Shown here: positions 18,247 to 27,862 of the stretch, one piece after another | Layout of the letters: every line of letters begins with the position of its first letter | Position numbering within the stretch: the stretch's first letter is position 1 | Assembly (NCBI GenBank): GCA_033763315.1 | Contig: JANRKS010000032.1 | Location: forward strand, 192,001 to 256,000 | Direction of reading: 5' to 3' | DNA length: 64,000 bases | Source: Deltaproteobacteria bacterium | GTDB lineage: Bacteria > Myxococcota_A > Polyangia > Fen-1088 | Notes under the pieces: model-generated | Seen by the model: only the letters and a program-made list of their open reading frames with translations | The model's database searches: none | Told to the model about the DNA's origin: nothing | Position numbers and translations under genes: made by a program

Positions 18247-21200
18247 TCACGGGATTAAGACATCCACGTTCAACGGGCCCTGGGCATACACGCAGATCAG
18301 ATCAAGCTTGTTGTCGTTGTTGTTCCACAAATCTCGCGCGCGATATCGCACCTGAGTCAGGGAGCGGCTTTGTTGAAAGTCCGCCGCAACTGCTGATGTG
18401 ATGTCCAAGGTGGTCATGAAACCGGTTCCGCTTGTGCTGACAATCAAGTAGTGGTTTGGTGAGGCCCCCAAGGTTGACAGCGCAGAGGCGTTGAAGGCGC
18501 TCGAATCAAGAGAATCGAATCGAACGTGCTCCAAGATGAGAGGACCCAAGGAGTAGAACGACCCGTCCATTCCGTCCCCAAGCTTTACCCCAATCCGTGC
18601 TGCCACTACGGCCTTGGTGTTCGCTGGGATCGCAGAAAGGCTAAATGAAAGAAACCCTCGCGAGGATTGGCCATTTATTGAATCACCCATACACAGAAAG
18701 CCCTCATAGTCTGAATTGGTGCTGGGCGCGTAATTGCCTGGTCCGAGGTACCAAACGTAATTGGTGAGTCCAGCATTGACCGAGAGTGTCAGCGTCGTCT
18801 GCCTTAAGCACTCGCCGTTCCAACACACGCGACCACCCGTGCAATCGCCCGACACCGAACACGTTGAGCGGCAACTGACGGTGTTTTGACAGGTGAGGTT
18901 GCCGCTGCAGGCTTGCCCCGTCGGCGAGGTGCATGCCCCAGCGCCGTTGCATGTGGACGCTGGAGTCAATACAGCGTTTGCACAGGTAATGCCCGCGCAC
19001 GATCCATCGTTCATGCCGCTCGCCACGGGCGTGCAAGTACCGCTACCACACGCCTCGCAAGCCCCGCTGCACGCGCTGTTGCAACACACACCATCGGGGC
19101 AGAATCCTGACGCGCACTCCGCCGGTCCCCCGCATGCGACGCCCTGCTTCTTCCTGCATTGGCCACTTACGCAGGTTTTGTTGCTATCGCTGCAGGGGTT
19201 TTGTGCGCTGCAGCTGCTGAGGCAAGCGCCGCCGCTGCATGAGAATTCTCCACAGCTGACCGGAGATGGCATGGAACACACTCTGGCGCCGTTGCATGTT
19301 GAGGCAGGCGTGGCGTTGTTGCCCGAGCAGGAGGCGCCTGCACACGAGCCGTCGTTCACTCCGTTCGGAATGGGAGCACAAACGCCGTTGGCGGCTCCCG
19401 TGTCTGTGTTGCGACACGACTCGCATGCGCCGGTGCATGCGCTGTTGCAACAGAATCCGTCCGCACATTTATCTGATCCGCAATCGCCGTTTCCGCCGCA
19501 GGCTTGGCCATTGGGGGCCCCACACTGCTTTGTCCGCGAGTTGCATTTGGTGCCACCGCGGCAGTCAGCGTCTGTCGCGCAGCTGCCCTTACAGGCCGAG
19601 CCGCTACACACAAGGCTTCCCGAGCAAGTGATGGCTGCTGGTGCCTTGCACGTTCCCGCGCCATCACATGTCGACGATCCGATCTCCTGAGACGAATCAG
19701 TCGAGCATTTTGCACCTTCGCAAATAACGCCCGCGGCGTGAACCGCGCACTGGCCGCTGCCGTTGCATGTGCCCGTAGTCTTGCATGTGCTGCTGGCAGT
19801 CGCGTCACACTGATTCAGTGGATCCTGGCCGCCCGGAATGTTCTCGCATGTACCCTCTTTTCCACTCACAGCGCATGACTTGCAAGTTCCAGTGCAAGCG
19901 CTCGCGCAACACACGCCCTGCTCGCAGAACCCCGAAAGGCATTGCGACTTATTGCCGCAGGCTTGCCCGTCGCGCCGCTTCCCGCACAGGCCGTTGATGC
20001 AGGTGTTCGGCGCCACGCATTGGTCGTCGCGGGAGCACGTTGTGCCGCATGCATTTGCGCCGCATGTAAATGGGGCGCAACCGGCAGGTTGCTTCGTGAC
20101 CGCGCACGTGCCAAGGCCATCACATTGCTTTGCGAACGATTCTGTGTTCGAGGCTGCATCGCAACTTCGGCCCTGGCATTCAGTTCCCTGTGGCCACTTT
20201 TGGCAGCCCTTTTGGCCATCACACTTGCCGTTGTTGCCGCATGTGCTTGAGGCACTTGAGCCACACTTGCCACGCGGATCGTCCACATTCGCCGCAACAT
20301 CCGTGCAAGTGCCTTTGGCCGTTGCCAGGGCGCAGAATTGACAAGTGCTATTGCAAGACGAGTTGCAACACACGCCATCCACGCATTGACCCGAAGTGCA
20401 TTGAGATGCCGTGTTGCAGACCGCGTCGTTGGGCAAAAGTCCACAGCTTCCATTTACGCAACTGGTGCCGCCGGCACATTCATCGTTGGAAGTGCACTTT
20501 GTAAGGCAGGCGTTGCCTGCGCATACAAACGGCGCACACGCCACGGGCCTTCCCGCAACGCACGAGCCGCTGCCATCGCATTCACTGGGTGGGACGCCAT
20601 CGCTGCCGCTACATTTGGCGGGCGAACAGACAGAACCTTTGGCGAACAGAGAGCACCCACCGTTGCCATCGCACTTGCCCGTTTGTCCGCAGACCCCCAC
20701 GTCGCTGGCTTTACAAACCTTGCGGTCGTCATTGGCGCCGGCTGCGAGATTCTTGCACTCGCCCATGAAACCCACCAAGTTGCATGAACGGCAAGCGCCT
20801 TCGCAGGCCGTGCTACAACAAACGCCATCGGCACAGTTTCCTGATTCGCACTCAGGGCCCTTGGCGCAAACCGCGCCGAGTGGCTTTTTGCCGCAACTTT
20901 TCTTGTTCGTGTCTGGATCAAGCGCGCAGGCTTTGCCCGACTCACACATCGTGCTGTCTTCGCACTCGGCGTAGCAAGTCACGGAGGCTACATTGCAAGC
21001 AAAAGGCGCACACACGAGATCGTTGCTCGCGTCACAGGCGCCCGCTTTACAAACCTTGCGCCCGCGCGTGCCTGCGCCTTCGCACTGGCCCGGGGCACAT
21101 ACAGAGCCATCGGGCCACTTGCGACACGCGCCTTCGCCATTGCACTTGCCGTCAAAGCCACACGTAGAGGCCGCCTCCGTTTGGCACATCTTGCCTGCCG

Positions 21201-21831
21201 CAGGTGGATCACCATTAGCGACGGGTGAGCATTGGCCGCTGCTGCCCTGGAGGTTACACGCCTCACAAGAGCCTTTGCATGCACTGTTGCAGCACACGCC
21301 GTCGGCGCAGAACCCACTCATGCATTCGGCGCCCGTTGAACAGGCAACCGCGTTTTCCTTCGAGCCTCGCTCGACAGGAATTTCGATGCCGCCGTCACCA
21401 TCAGGGGGCACACCCGCTTCTTGACCGGGAATAGGCGGGACGACGATGCCACCCTTTGCCGTAAGTGGAAATGTAACCGCTGTGCATCCTGAAATAAGTG
21501 GCACGGATGGCAGTACGTTTGGATCGCCCAAGGCCGAGCCCATCTTTGTCGGCGTTGCAGTCACCCTGAACGTTTGCCCTTCTGCGTAGCTGGGCATGGC
21601 AACTTCGTAAGTGAGCTGCCCGGGGCAACGGAGGTTGCTGCTTGAAAAGCTTGCCTCCTGCCCGTCATTTCGCAACAACTGAAAGCCCAGCGCGTCGGCC
21701 TCGCTCAGATCGCTTTCACACGTGAATTTCAGAAACAGTGTGTTCGCATTGCATGGAAGCACCTGCTTGTCTTTGCTGCACGCCGCGAGTGCCACAAGCA
21801 AAGACAGCATCACCAATACGTTTCGTTTCAT
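18247..21831 (-). CDS. Giant Cys-rich repeat lipoprotein with Cys-poor C-terminal domain
   Basis: Lipobox LAAC; six repeats with core like CxSGxCxDGVCCxxxCxGxCxxC; C-terminal ~180 aa containing RGFLSFSLSAIP, DNRLRE-like by recall. Confidence 0.85.
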   Translation of the reverse strand: MKRNVLVMLSLLVALAACSKDKQVLPCNANTLFLKFTCESDLSEADALGFQLLRNDGQEASFSSSNLRCPGQLTYEVAMPSYAEGQTFRVTATPTKMGSALGDPNVLPSVPLISGCTAVTFPLTAKGGIVVPPIPGQEAGVPPDGDGGIEIPVERGSKENAVACSTGAECMSGFCADGVCCNSACKGSCEACNLQGSSGQCSPVANGDPPAAGKMCQTEAASTCGFDGKCNGEGACRKWPDGSVCAPGQCEGAGTRGRKVCKAGACDASNDLVCAPFACNVASVTCYAECEDSTMCESGKACALDPDTNKKSCGKKPLGAVCAKGPECESGNCADGVCCSTACEGACRSCNLVGFMGECKNLAAGANDDRKVCKASDVGVCGQTGKCDGNGGCSLFAKGSVCSPAKCSGSDGVPPSECDGSGSCVAGRPVACAPFVCAGNACLTKCTSNDECAGGTSCVNGSCGLLPNDAVCNTASQCTSGQCVDGVCCNSSCNSTCQFCALATAKGTCTDVAANVDDPRGKCGSSASSTCGNNGKCDGQKGCQKWPQGTECQGRSCDAASNTESFAKQCDGLGTCAVTKQPAGCAPFTCGANACGTTCSRDDQCVAPNTCINGLCGKRRDGQACGNKSQCLSGFCEQGVCCASACTGTCKSCAVSGKEGTCENIPGGQDPLNQCDATASSTCKTTGTCNGSGQCAVHAAGVICEGAKCSTDSSQEIGSSTCDGAGTCKAPAAITCSGSLVCSGSACKGSCATDADCRGGTKCNSRTKQCGAPNGQACGGNGDCGSDKCADGFCCNSACTGACESCRNTDTGAANGVCAPIPNGVNDGSCAGASCSGNNATPASTCNGARVCSMPSPVSCGEFSCSGGACLSSCSAQNPCSDSNKTCVSGQCRKKQGVACGGPAECASGFCPDGVCCNSACSGACEACGSGTCTPVASGMNDGSCAGITCANAVLTPASTCNGAGACTSPTGQACSGNLTCQNTVSCRSTCSVSGDCTGGRVCWNGECLRQTTLTLSVNAGLTNYVWYLGPGNYAPSTNSDYEGFLCMGDSINGQSSRGFLSFSLSAIPANTKAVVAARIGVKLGDGMDGSFYSLGPLILEHVRFDSLDSSAFNASALSTLGASPNHYLIVSTSGTGFMTTLDITSAVAADFQQSRSLTQVRYRARDLWNNNDNKLDLICVYAQGPLNVDVLIP

Positions 21832-22649
21832 TGTCCGAACGTCCCTCGCTCATCAACCTGCGGGCCAGTGGTTCCGCCGCCACCACTGGATAAAGCAATC
21901 GCCACGACACCGCCGGCCACCACGGCGCCCACGGCAATCCATAGCCAGGGCTTCTTGTAGAGCGGACGTTCGTCCTGCGTTTGGGGTGCTGCAGCGTCCA
22001 TCACCGTTCCCTCTGGGGCTTGTTCGGGTGCCGGATTCAAGTTGGGAGCGGGCGAAGCCGCGGCAACGGCTTTCTCTTGCCGCTCTTCGAGGCGGATCAA
22101 CACGCGTTGATATTGCCCACCGCTGATCGCGACCGAACGGTATCCGCGTTTAAAGCCTTCCTTTGTCACTTCCACATCAACGGTGCCTGCGTTCACAGGG
22201 ACAGGCCCTACGAGCGGATAGACGCCAACGATATTCCCGTTGACCGAAACCGTGGCGCCATCGGGGCCACCATACACTTCGATGCGTCCCACGTTTTGCT
22301 TCACCACCTCGAGTGACTCTTTCAACGTGGCGCGGTTCTTCGCCACCCACGGATCCGTCTTTGCCTTCAGCGCTTCAGCCAGCTTCGCGTCGGCTTCGCT
22401 CCAACGCCCGACTGCTTGCAAACAAAGGCCCCACTGTGCTGCCGCCCGTGGTGTGGGATCCAGTCGATAAGCCTCTTCAAACTTCGCAAGCGCTTCGAGA
22501 TCTTGCCCCGCCCGGCGTAGCTCAAGACCTTCGGCAATCAGTTGTTGGCCGCGCGCAGGTTCAGCGCGCACCTGGGGAAGGGCGGTGACCATGAGCAGCG
22601 CAAGCGCCAGGTTTCGCGCGAATCCATTCCTTGCCGCCCACCGGATCAT
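21828..22649 (-). CDS. TPR plus PEGA domain protein with C-terminal membrane anchor
   Basis: TPR (ALAKFEEAYRLDP), PEGA-like GATVSVNG...VEVTKEGF, anchor PLYKKPWLWIAVGAVVAGGVV; SD GGAG before ATG 22649; ATGA overlap with the next gene. Confidence 0.85.
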   Translation of the reverse strand: MIRWAARNGFARNLALALLMVTALPQVRAEPARGQQLIAEGLELRRAGQDLEALAKFEEAYRLDPTPRAAAQWGLCLQAVGRWSEADAKLAEALKAKTDPWVAKNRATLKESLEVVKQNVGRIEVYGGPDGATVSVNGNIVGVYPLVGPVPVNAGTVDVEVTKEGFKRGYRSVAISGGQYQRVLIRLEERQEKAVAAASPAPNLNPAPEQAPEGTVMDAAAPQTQDERPLYKKPWLWIAVGAVVAGGVVAIALSSGGGGTTGPQVDERGTFGQ

Positions 22650-22739
22650 ATTTTGTCTCCAAGCCAAGACCGCTATGACGCCGCGCCGTCATCAATGAGG
22701 CGCGATAATGGGTCACAGTTTGACTCTGCGGAAACAAGT

Positions 22740-22761
22740 CTTTGTGTCAGTTATGCAACAG
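22740..22761 (-). promoter_or_regulatory. Pho-box-like direct repeat nearly identical to the one before tonB
   Basis: Minus strand reads CTGTTGCATAA/CTGACACAAAG; 8786-8807 reads GTGTTGCAGAA/CTGACACCAAG. Confidence 0.55.
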
Positions 22762-22900
22762 TCCAAAGGGACCCTCGCCCGGCCATCCTCGCGTCGACCG
22801 ACCGCCCGGACCAAGTCACATCGGCTCTTGACCCGGGACCGGGATTTCAAGCCGATAGCGGACGTTGTCGCGTTGGATCTCGACCTTCGCTAGCAGCCTC

Positions 22901-24304
22901 TCAATCCACCTGCACCGTCTTGCACCCCACGATCAAATCCACGCGCCCGCGGGGATCAGCGCGAAAGCGATCGCAGGTAGCGGGGCACACTTTGACGGAC
23001 GTGGGCGTGCCCTGCGTGGGCAGCACGTCGTAGTACCAACCGCCTTCGGTGGCGCTGCAGGCACTGGCAGAGGCCACGTTGCCAACCGTGCTGGCGGCGG
23101 CGGTGGAGCTGACGAAGCGCAGGTTGATTTGCGCGTAATCAAGCGCGCCTCGTTGCGCATCGGGAATGCGATACTCGCACGCGAGTGCCGTGGCACGGAT
23201 GTCGTTTAAGGCGGCCAGGAAATCGCCGGACACGTTGCCTGACGTGGCCACCACAAACGCCTTCGGTGTTCCCCCTGCGGCGGAGATGCGGTTTAGGTTG
23301 CTCTGCGCGGTGGCAGCTTCGTCTTGCGCAAACACGCCCACCACGAATGTGGGAATGGAAGGGCTGCCCATGCGCCCTCCCGTGGCCACCTGTGCGATGT
23401 CGTCCAAGCTTTGTGGGTTGCAGGTGGTGGGAAAACCATCGGTGGCCAACACCACGGCCACGCGCCTGCCGGGGTGAGACATCGCTTGATCGCGCGCGCG
23501 GCTGATCGCTCCTTGCAAGGCAGGTCCCGTGGGTGTGCCGCCTTCGGGCGCTTTGGTTTCCAAAAGCCCCAACAGTGTGGCCGCGCCCTCGGGCAAGGCC
23601 GTGACGGCCGATGCCCCCATCGCGTACCGCACAGGATCGCAGAGCTCGCGCAAGGCGCAGCGACCTGCAAGGGTGTTGCACAGGTCACCGGCTTTGTCAG
23701 AGCAGCGGCCGCCCAGGCCCAGGCAATAAAGCTTTGATACGCCACACAACCCGATGGGTTGGCAGGGGCCCGCGGCGCCGCAATCTGCATCCGTTTGGCA
23801 CGCCGGCAAGCTCTTGCCTGCGTTCGCGCACCCCTTCAGGAATTCACACGGGCCATACGCTCCACACTGAGCGCTCGCGTTGCATTCAGCCGGCACGCCC
23901 GTTTGTGCCATGGGGAAGAAGTGAACGGCAGCGCCCAGGCCAAGCGAATCAGCCGAGCGCGCGAAATCGGCGAACGCCGCGCGCACCGCATTCCACTTCG
24001 TCACGCCGCCCGCGGTGAGATCGGCCATCGACCCCGATGTATCGAACATGAAGATCAAATCCAGCGGCACGCGTTCAGGTCGAATGGTGCTTGTGGCGCA
24101 GGAGTTCGCGAAGGGATCGATCACCACGCGGCCATTCGGATCATTGAAGTTGGGCAGGTCGCTTGCGTCGGGCGAACCCGTGTTCGTGAACAACGGCGGT
24201 GCTTTTAGTTCGTCGCTTCCACAACCGCCGAACGCAACAACCAGGATTGCCAGCGCTTTGGTGGTGGTGCCAATCGATGAACGATGCGCGTGCCCGCAGG
24301 CCAT
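22901..24304 (-). CDS. VWA-domain lipoprotein with Cys-rich insert (myxobacterial type)
   Basis: Lipobox FGGC, MIDAS DTSGSM, GGTPT, VLATDG; C-terminal GGWYY..CPATC..GC. Confidence 0.85.
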   Translation of the reverse strand: MACGHAHRSSIGTTTKALAILVVAFGGCGSDELKAPPLFTNTGSPDASDLPNFNDPNGRVVIDPFANSCATSTIRPERVPLDLIFMFDTSGSMADLTAGGVTKWNAVRAAFADFARSADSLGLGAAVHFFPMAQTGVPAECNASAQCGAYGPCEFLKGCANAGKSLPACQTDADCGAAGPCQPIGLCGVSKLYCLGLGGRCSDKAGDLCNTLAGRCALRELCDPVRYAMGASAVTALPEGAATLLGLLETKAPEGGTPTGPALQGAISRARDQAMSHPGRRVAVVLATDGFPTTCNPQSLDDIAQVATGGRMGSPSIPTFVVGVFAQDEAATAQSNLNRISAAGGTPKAFVVATSGNVSGDFLAALNDIRATALACEYRIPDAQRGALDYAQINLRFVSSTAAASTVGNVASASACSATEGGWYYDVLPTQGTPTSVKVCPATCDRFRADPRGRVDLIVGCKTVQVD

Positions 24305-24468
24305 TTAACAAGTGTAACGCCGGCATGCAGATCGCGATATGTACGCCCTGGCCTTACGTGCGCCTTCGTTGCTTGGTTGCCATCAAATCGAGCGGCAACT
24401 GCGCTTTTTCTCTGCCCGCCTTAGGCGCACGGTTGCCAGAGACGCTGGATAGTCGCACACTAGACTAC

Positions 24469-24909
24469 GTGAAGGACAACGACTCCGCCCTGCGCGATCG
24501 CGACTCGATTGCCCGTGCCTTATCCCCCCACAGTGAGGTGGAGGCAGCCCTGCTGTTCGGGTCGAGGGCTTGCGGGTCCAATACAGCCGAGAGCGACTTC
24601 GACGTAGCGGTTCTCCTCAAGCGTTCGCCTAACGCACTTGAACGCAAGGACGTCATTCGCAATCTCATCGCAGCGCTTGCGCGCGAATTCAATGCGCAAC
24701 GCTTGGATGTGGTCATTCTCAACGATGCCCCTAATCTATTGGCATTCCACGTTCTGAAACACGGTCTTGTTGCTTTTGAGCGAAGCCCAGAGCCATTGCA
24801 CCGCTTCGCCGTCCGCACTTATTCAACCCATGCGGATTTTGAACCTACCGAACGCTTCTTTCGGAACGTGACCAAGCAACGTTTGCAATCAGGGAGCGCG
24901 CATGGTTGA
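24469..24909 (+). CDS. mntA: MntA-type minimal nucleotidyltransferase antitoxin (type VII TA)
   Basis: LFGSRA...SDFDVAV...LDVVILN. Start moved to GTG 24469. Overlaps the HEPN gene. Confidence 0.87.
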   Translation: MKDNDSALRDRDSIARALSPHSEVEAALLFGSRACGSNTAESDFDVAVLLKRSPNALERKDVIRNLIAALAREFNAQRLDVVILNDAPNLLAFHVLKHGLVAFERSPEPLHRFAVRTYSTHADFEPTERFFRNVTKQRLQSGSAHG

Positions 24910-25315
24910 CGCCAATATTTTGCGGCGTCGTCTGGACGCGCTACTGCAATACCTCGATAGGCTTTCAGCTTTTCGTAAGGTGAGCCGAGAGGAGTTCAGA
25001 GCTACACCTGATGTACATCATCTGGCGGAGCGCTATCTGCACCTGGCGGTGGAAGCGGCTCTCGACATCGCGAACCACGTTATCGCTGATCGCAGATGGG
25101 AAGCCCCAGCCTCTTATCGCGATGCCTTTTCTATCTTGAGCCGGCATGGCTTTCTCGATGAACCATTGGCGTCTCGACTACAACAGTGGGCTGGGTTTCG
25201 GAACATCCTGGTCCATGCGTACCTTGATATTGATCACGGCATCGCCTGGGATACGATCTAAACTGACCTTGGCGATTTGCAGGCGTTAGCCGAGCGGGCC
25301 GCGACCCTTCTGTAG
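24902..25315 (+). pseudogene. hepT: HepT/DUF86 HEPN RNase toxin with premature in-frame stop at 25259-25261
   Basis: RX4HXY motif RNILVHAY. After the TAA the frame continues TDLGDLQALAERAATLL to TAG 25315. Confidence 0.75.
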
Positions 25316-25355
25316 GCCTCACACCAATCACACTTGGCGGCGATGGACCTAGGAC

Positions 25356-27203
25356 CTAACTCGCTGCCGCTGTGACCGCGGCGTCAACCTTGAGCCGGTC
25401 AAACAGCGACTTGAGCTCTGCTTCCACGAGCGTCTCTTGCGCCAACAACGTTGTTGCGCCTTCGTTGAGCAAGTCGCGGTTGTCTTTGAGGATCTTGCAC
25501 GCGCGTTCAAACGAATCGGCAACGATGGCTTGCACCGCCATATCAATCCGGTTGGCCGTGTGATCGCTATAAGCAGGGCGGCCCGGCAAGGGTGCGCCCG
25601 GTGTGCCCAAGAAATTGGGGCCATCGGTTTCATAGGCGACGTTGCCCAGATCCGGCACCATCGCGTACCGCGTGACCATGTTGCGGGCGATGTTCGCCAC
25701 CTTCGACAGATCGTCGGCCGCACCCGTTGAAAGATGGGCAAACACTTCAAGCTCAGCGGCGCGGCCACCCAGCAGCACGGCCATCTTGTTTTCCAACTCT
25801 TTGCGGGTCATCAAGTAGCGATCTTCAAGCGGGCGTTGAATCGTGTAACCCAAGGCGCCGACGCCGCGAGGGATGATCGAGATCTTTTGCACCGGATCGC
25901 TGCCCGGCAAAGCGGCTGCCACAAGCGCGTGACCCATTTCGTGAAAGGCCACCACACGCCGCTCATGCGGGTTCAAGATCCGGTTGCGCTTCTCAAGCCC
26001 AGCGATGATGCGTTCAATCGCTTGCTCGAAATCGTGCAAGGTCACGTGGCTGCCATTGCGGCGCGTGGCACACAAAGCGGCTTCGTTGACCAAGTTCGCG
26101 AGATCGGCGCCTGTGAACCCAGGCGTAAGAGCTGCAACCGAATCCATATCGAGGCCGGGCTCCAACTTCACCTTTTGGCTGTGCACATCCAAAATCGCTT
26201 TGCGGCCAATCTTGTCAGGGCGATCCACCAAAACTTGCCGATCAAAACGTCCCGCGCGCAACAGGGCCGCGTCTAAAATTTCGGGCCGGTTGGTGGCGCC
26301 GATCAGCACGATGCCTGAAGACGAATCAAACCCATCAAGCTCAACCAACAGTTGGTTCAGCGTCTGTTCTTTTTCGTCGTGCCCGCCCATGCCCGGATAC
26401 GCGTTGCGCGCGCGACCCATGGCATCCAACTCGTCGATGAAGATGATCGCGGGCGCTTTCTGCCGCGCTTGCTCAAACAGATCGCGCACGCGGGCGGCGC
26501 CCACGCCCACGAACATTTCAACGAATTCCGAGCCCGAAATCGAGAAAAACGGTACGCCCGCTTCACCGGCCACGGCCTTGGCCAGCAGCGTTTTGCCTGT
26601 ACCCGGCGGCCCAATCAGCAGCAGGCCTTTCGGCATGCGCGCGCCCAGACGGCCGTAAGATTTAGGATCGCGGAGGAATGAAACCACTTCTTGCAGTTCC
26701 GCCTTGGATTCGTCGACGCCGGCCACGTCTTTGAACGTGACCTTCACATCGGTCTCCACATAGACCTTGGCTTTGCTCTTGCCGATCGACATCATGCCGC
26801 CGCCGCCGCCGCCCATGCGGTTGGCCACGCGTTTCGCCACGAAGGCCCACGCGCCAATGACGAGCGCCAATGGCAGCAACCAACCAAGCAAGTTGGGCAG
26901 CAAATTGCTTTCCGTGCGGCCCGAGAATTTCACGCCCGAAGGTTCGAGGCTTTGCGCCAAGTTCGGATCAACGCGCGTGGTGATGAAGCGCTTTTTCCCG
27001 GCTTCGGCGTCTTTGAGTTCGCCCTGGATCTGATCGGTGCCAACCGAGATCTCTTTGACCTTGCCTTCCTTGACCCAGGTCATGAACTCGCTGTACGGCA
27101 CGTGTGCGACCGTTTGCGATTTCACCCAGACGTCGTGGATGGCCAAGATCGCCAAAGCGGCGATCACAAAGAACAAGATATCAAACTTACGTAGGCTGCC
27201 CAT
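25356..27203 (-). CDS. ftsH: ATP-dependent zinc metalloprotease FtsH
   Basis: Two TMs, Walker [29 protein letters not shown]. Confidence 0.96.
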   Translation of the reverse strand: MGSLRKFDILFFVIAALAILAIHDVWVKSQTVAHVPYSEFMTWVKEGKVKEISVGTDQIQGELKDAEAGKKRFITTRVDPNLAQSLEPSGVKFSGRTESNLLPNLLGWLLPLALVIGAWAFVAKRVANRMGGGGGGMMSIGKSKAKVYVETDVKVTFKDVAGVDESKAELQEVVSFLRDPKSYGRLGARMPKGLLLIGPPGTGKTLLAKAVAGEAGVPFFSISGSEFVEMFVGVGAARVRDLFEQARQKAPAIIFIDELDAMGRARNAYPGMGGHDEKEQTLNQLLVELDGFDSSSGIVLIGATNRPEILDAALLRAGRFDRQVLVDRPDKIGRKAILDVHSQKVKLEPGLDMDSVAALTPGFTGADLANLVNEAALCATRRNGSHVTLHDFEQAIERIIAGLEKRNRILNPHERRVVAFHEMGHALVAAALPGSDPVQKISIIPRGVGALGYTIQRPLEDRYLMTRKELENKMAVLLGGRAAELEVFAHLSTGAADDLSKVANIARNMVTRYAMVPDLGNVAYETDGPNFLGTPGAPLPGRPAYSDHTANRIDMAVQAIVADSFERACKILKDNRDLLNEGATTLLAQETLVEAELKSLFDRLKVDAAVTAAAS

Positions 27204-27274
27204 GGCGCACTAGGAGCGTAGCAGCCGCGCGGGCGCCGGCCGAAATCGCCTGATCCACGTTGTGATGGACGGTG

Positions 27275-27664
27275 TTAGAACGCGGCGCCGCGAAGCTCTG
27301 CTTCTGCGCGGAACCAGTGTTCTTGATCGCGTCCGTGCTGGTAGCCCTCGCTGACGTAAATCTCGTAAGCCTTGCGAGCCACCACTTCGGTTGACACCGG
27401 CGAGGCCACTGACGTAAGCGATACCGCTGCGCCTGCTTCCGGAGCCGGCGATGCCGCTTTTGCCTTCGCAGGTGCGCTGGCTTTGGCCTTCGGGGCCGCC
27501 GCCTTGGCTGGCGCCGCCTTGGGCTCGGCCCCTTTGGCCGCCACACCCTTCGCTGCCACACCCTTCGCCACCACCGCCGCCTCTGCTGCCTTGGCGGGGG
27601 CTGCCTTCACTTGCTTGCCCGCGTTCGCCTTGACCACCGTTTTCTTCGTCGTCTTCTCGGTCAT
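27275..27664 (-). CDS. DUF2934 protein with Ala/Lys/Pro-rich N-terminus
   Basis: C-terminal ARKAYEIY..EG...GRDQEHWFRAEAEL; SD GGAGG before ATG 27664. Confidence 0.82.
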   Translation of the reverse strand: MTEKTTKKTVVKANAGKQVKAAPAKAAEAAVVAKGVAAKGVAAKGAEPKAAPAKAAAPKAKASAPAKAKAASPAPEAGAAVSLTSVASPVSTEVVARKAYEIYVSEGYQHGRDQEHWFRAEAELRGAAF

Positions 27665-27862
27665 CAACACACCCTCCCCTTGTGAACGCCCTCTACCCTG
27701 CTGTAGCCCGGCAAAGAGGTCAAGTTTCGATTTGGGGCCGCGAAAAAGTTTCGTGGTTGGCGTTAACAAACCTGAAATACTCGGCTTTCAGAAGATTGGA
27801 CTTATCTTGTAACCGTTTGGTGCCGATGACCCATATGGTTCCATCGCAGTGGCCTATGGGGG

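Noticed and set aside
18800-21400. Recurring DNA motifs such as GCAACACACGCC as a possible CRISPR array or DGR repeat
   Set aside because: They encode the degenerate GVCC protein repeats at spacings of several hundred bp. No cas or reverse transcriptase gene is present.
24199-24468. N-terminal extension of the nucleotidyltransferase ORF
   Set aside because: It overlaps the divergent VWA gene start and promoters; GTG 24469 gives the normal MntA size.
27803-27829. Possible sigma28 promoter (GCCGATGA) before the GGDEF gene
   Set aside because: There is no convincing -35 element at the required spacing.
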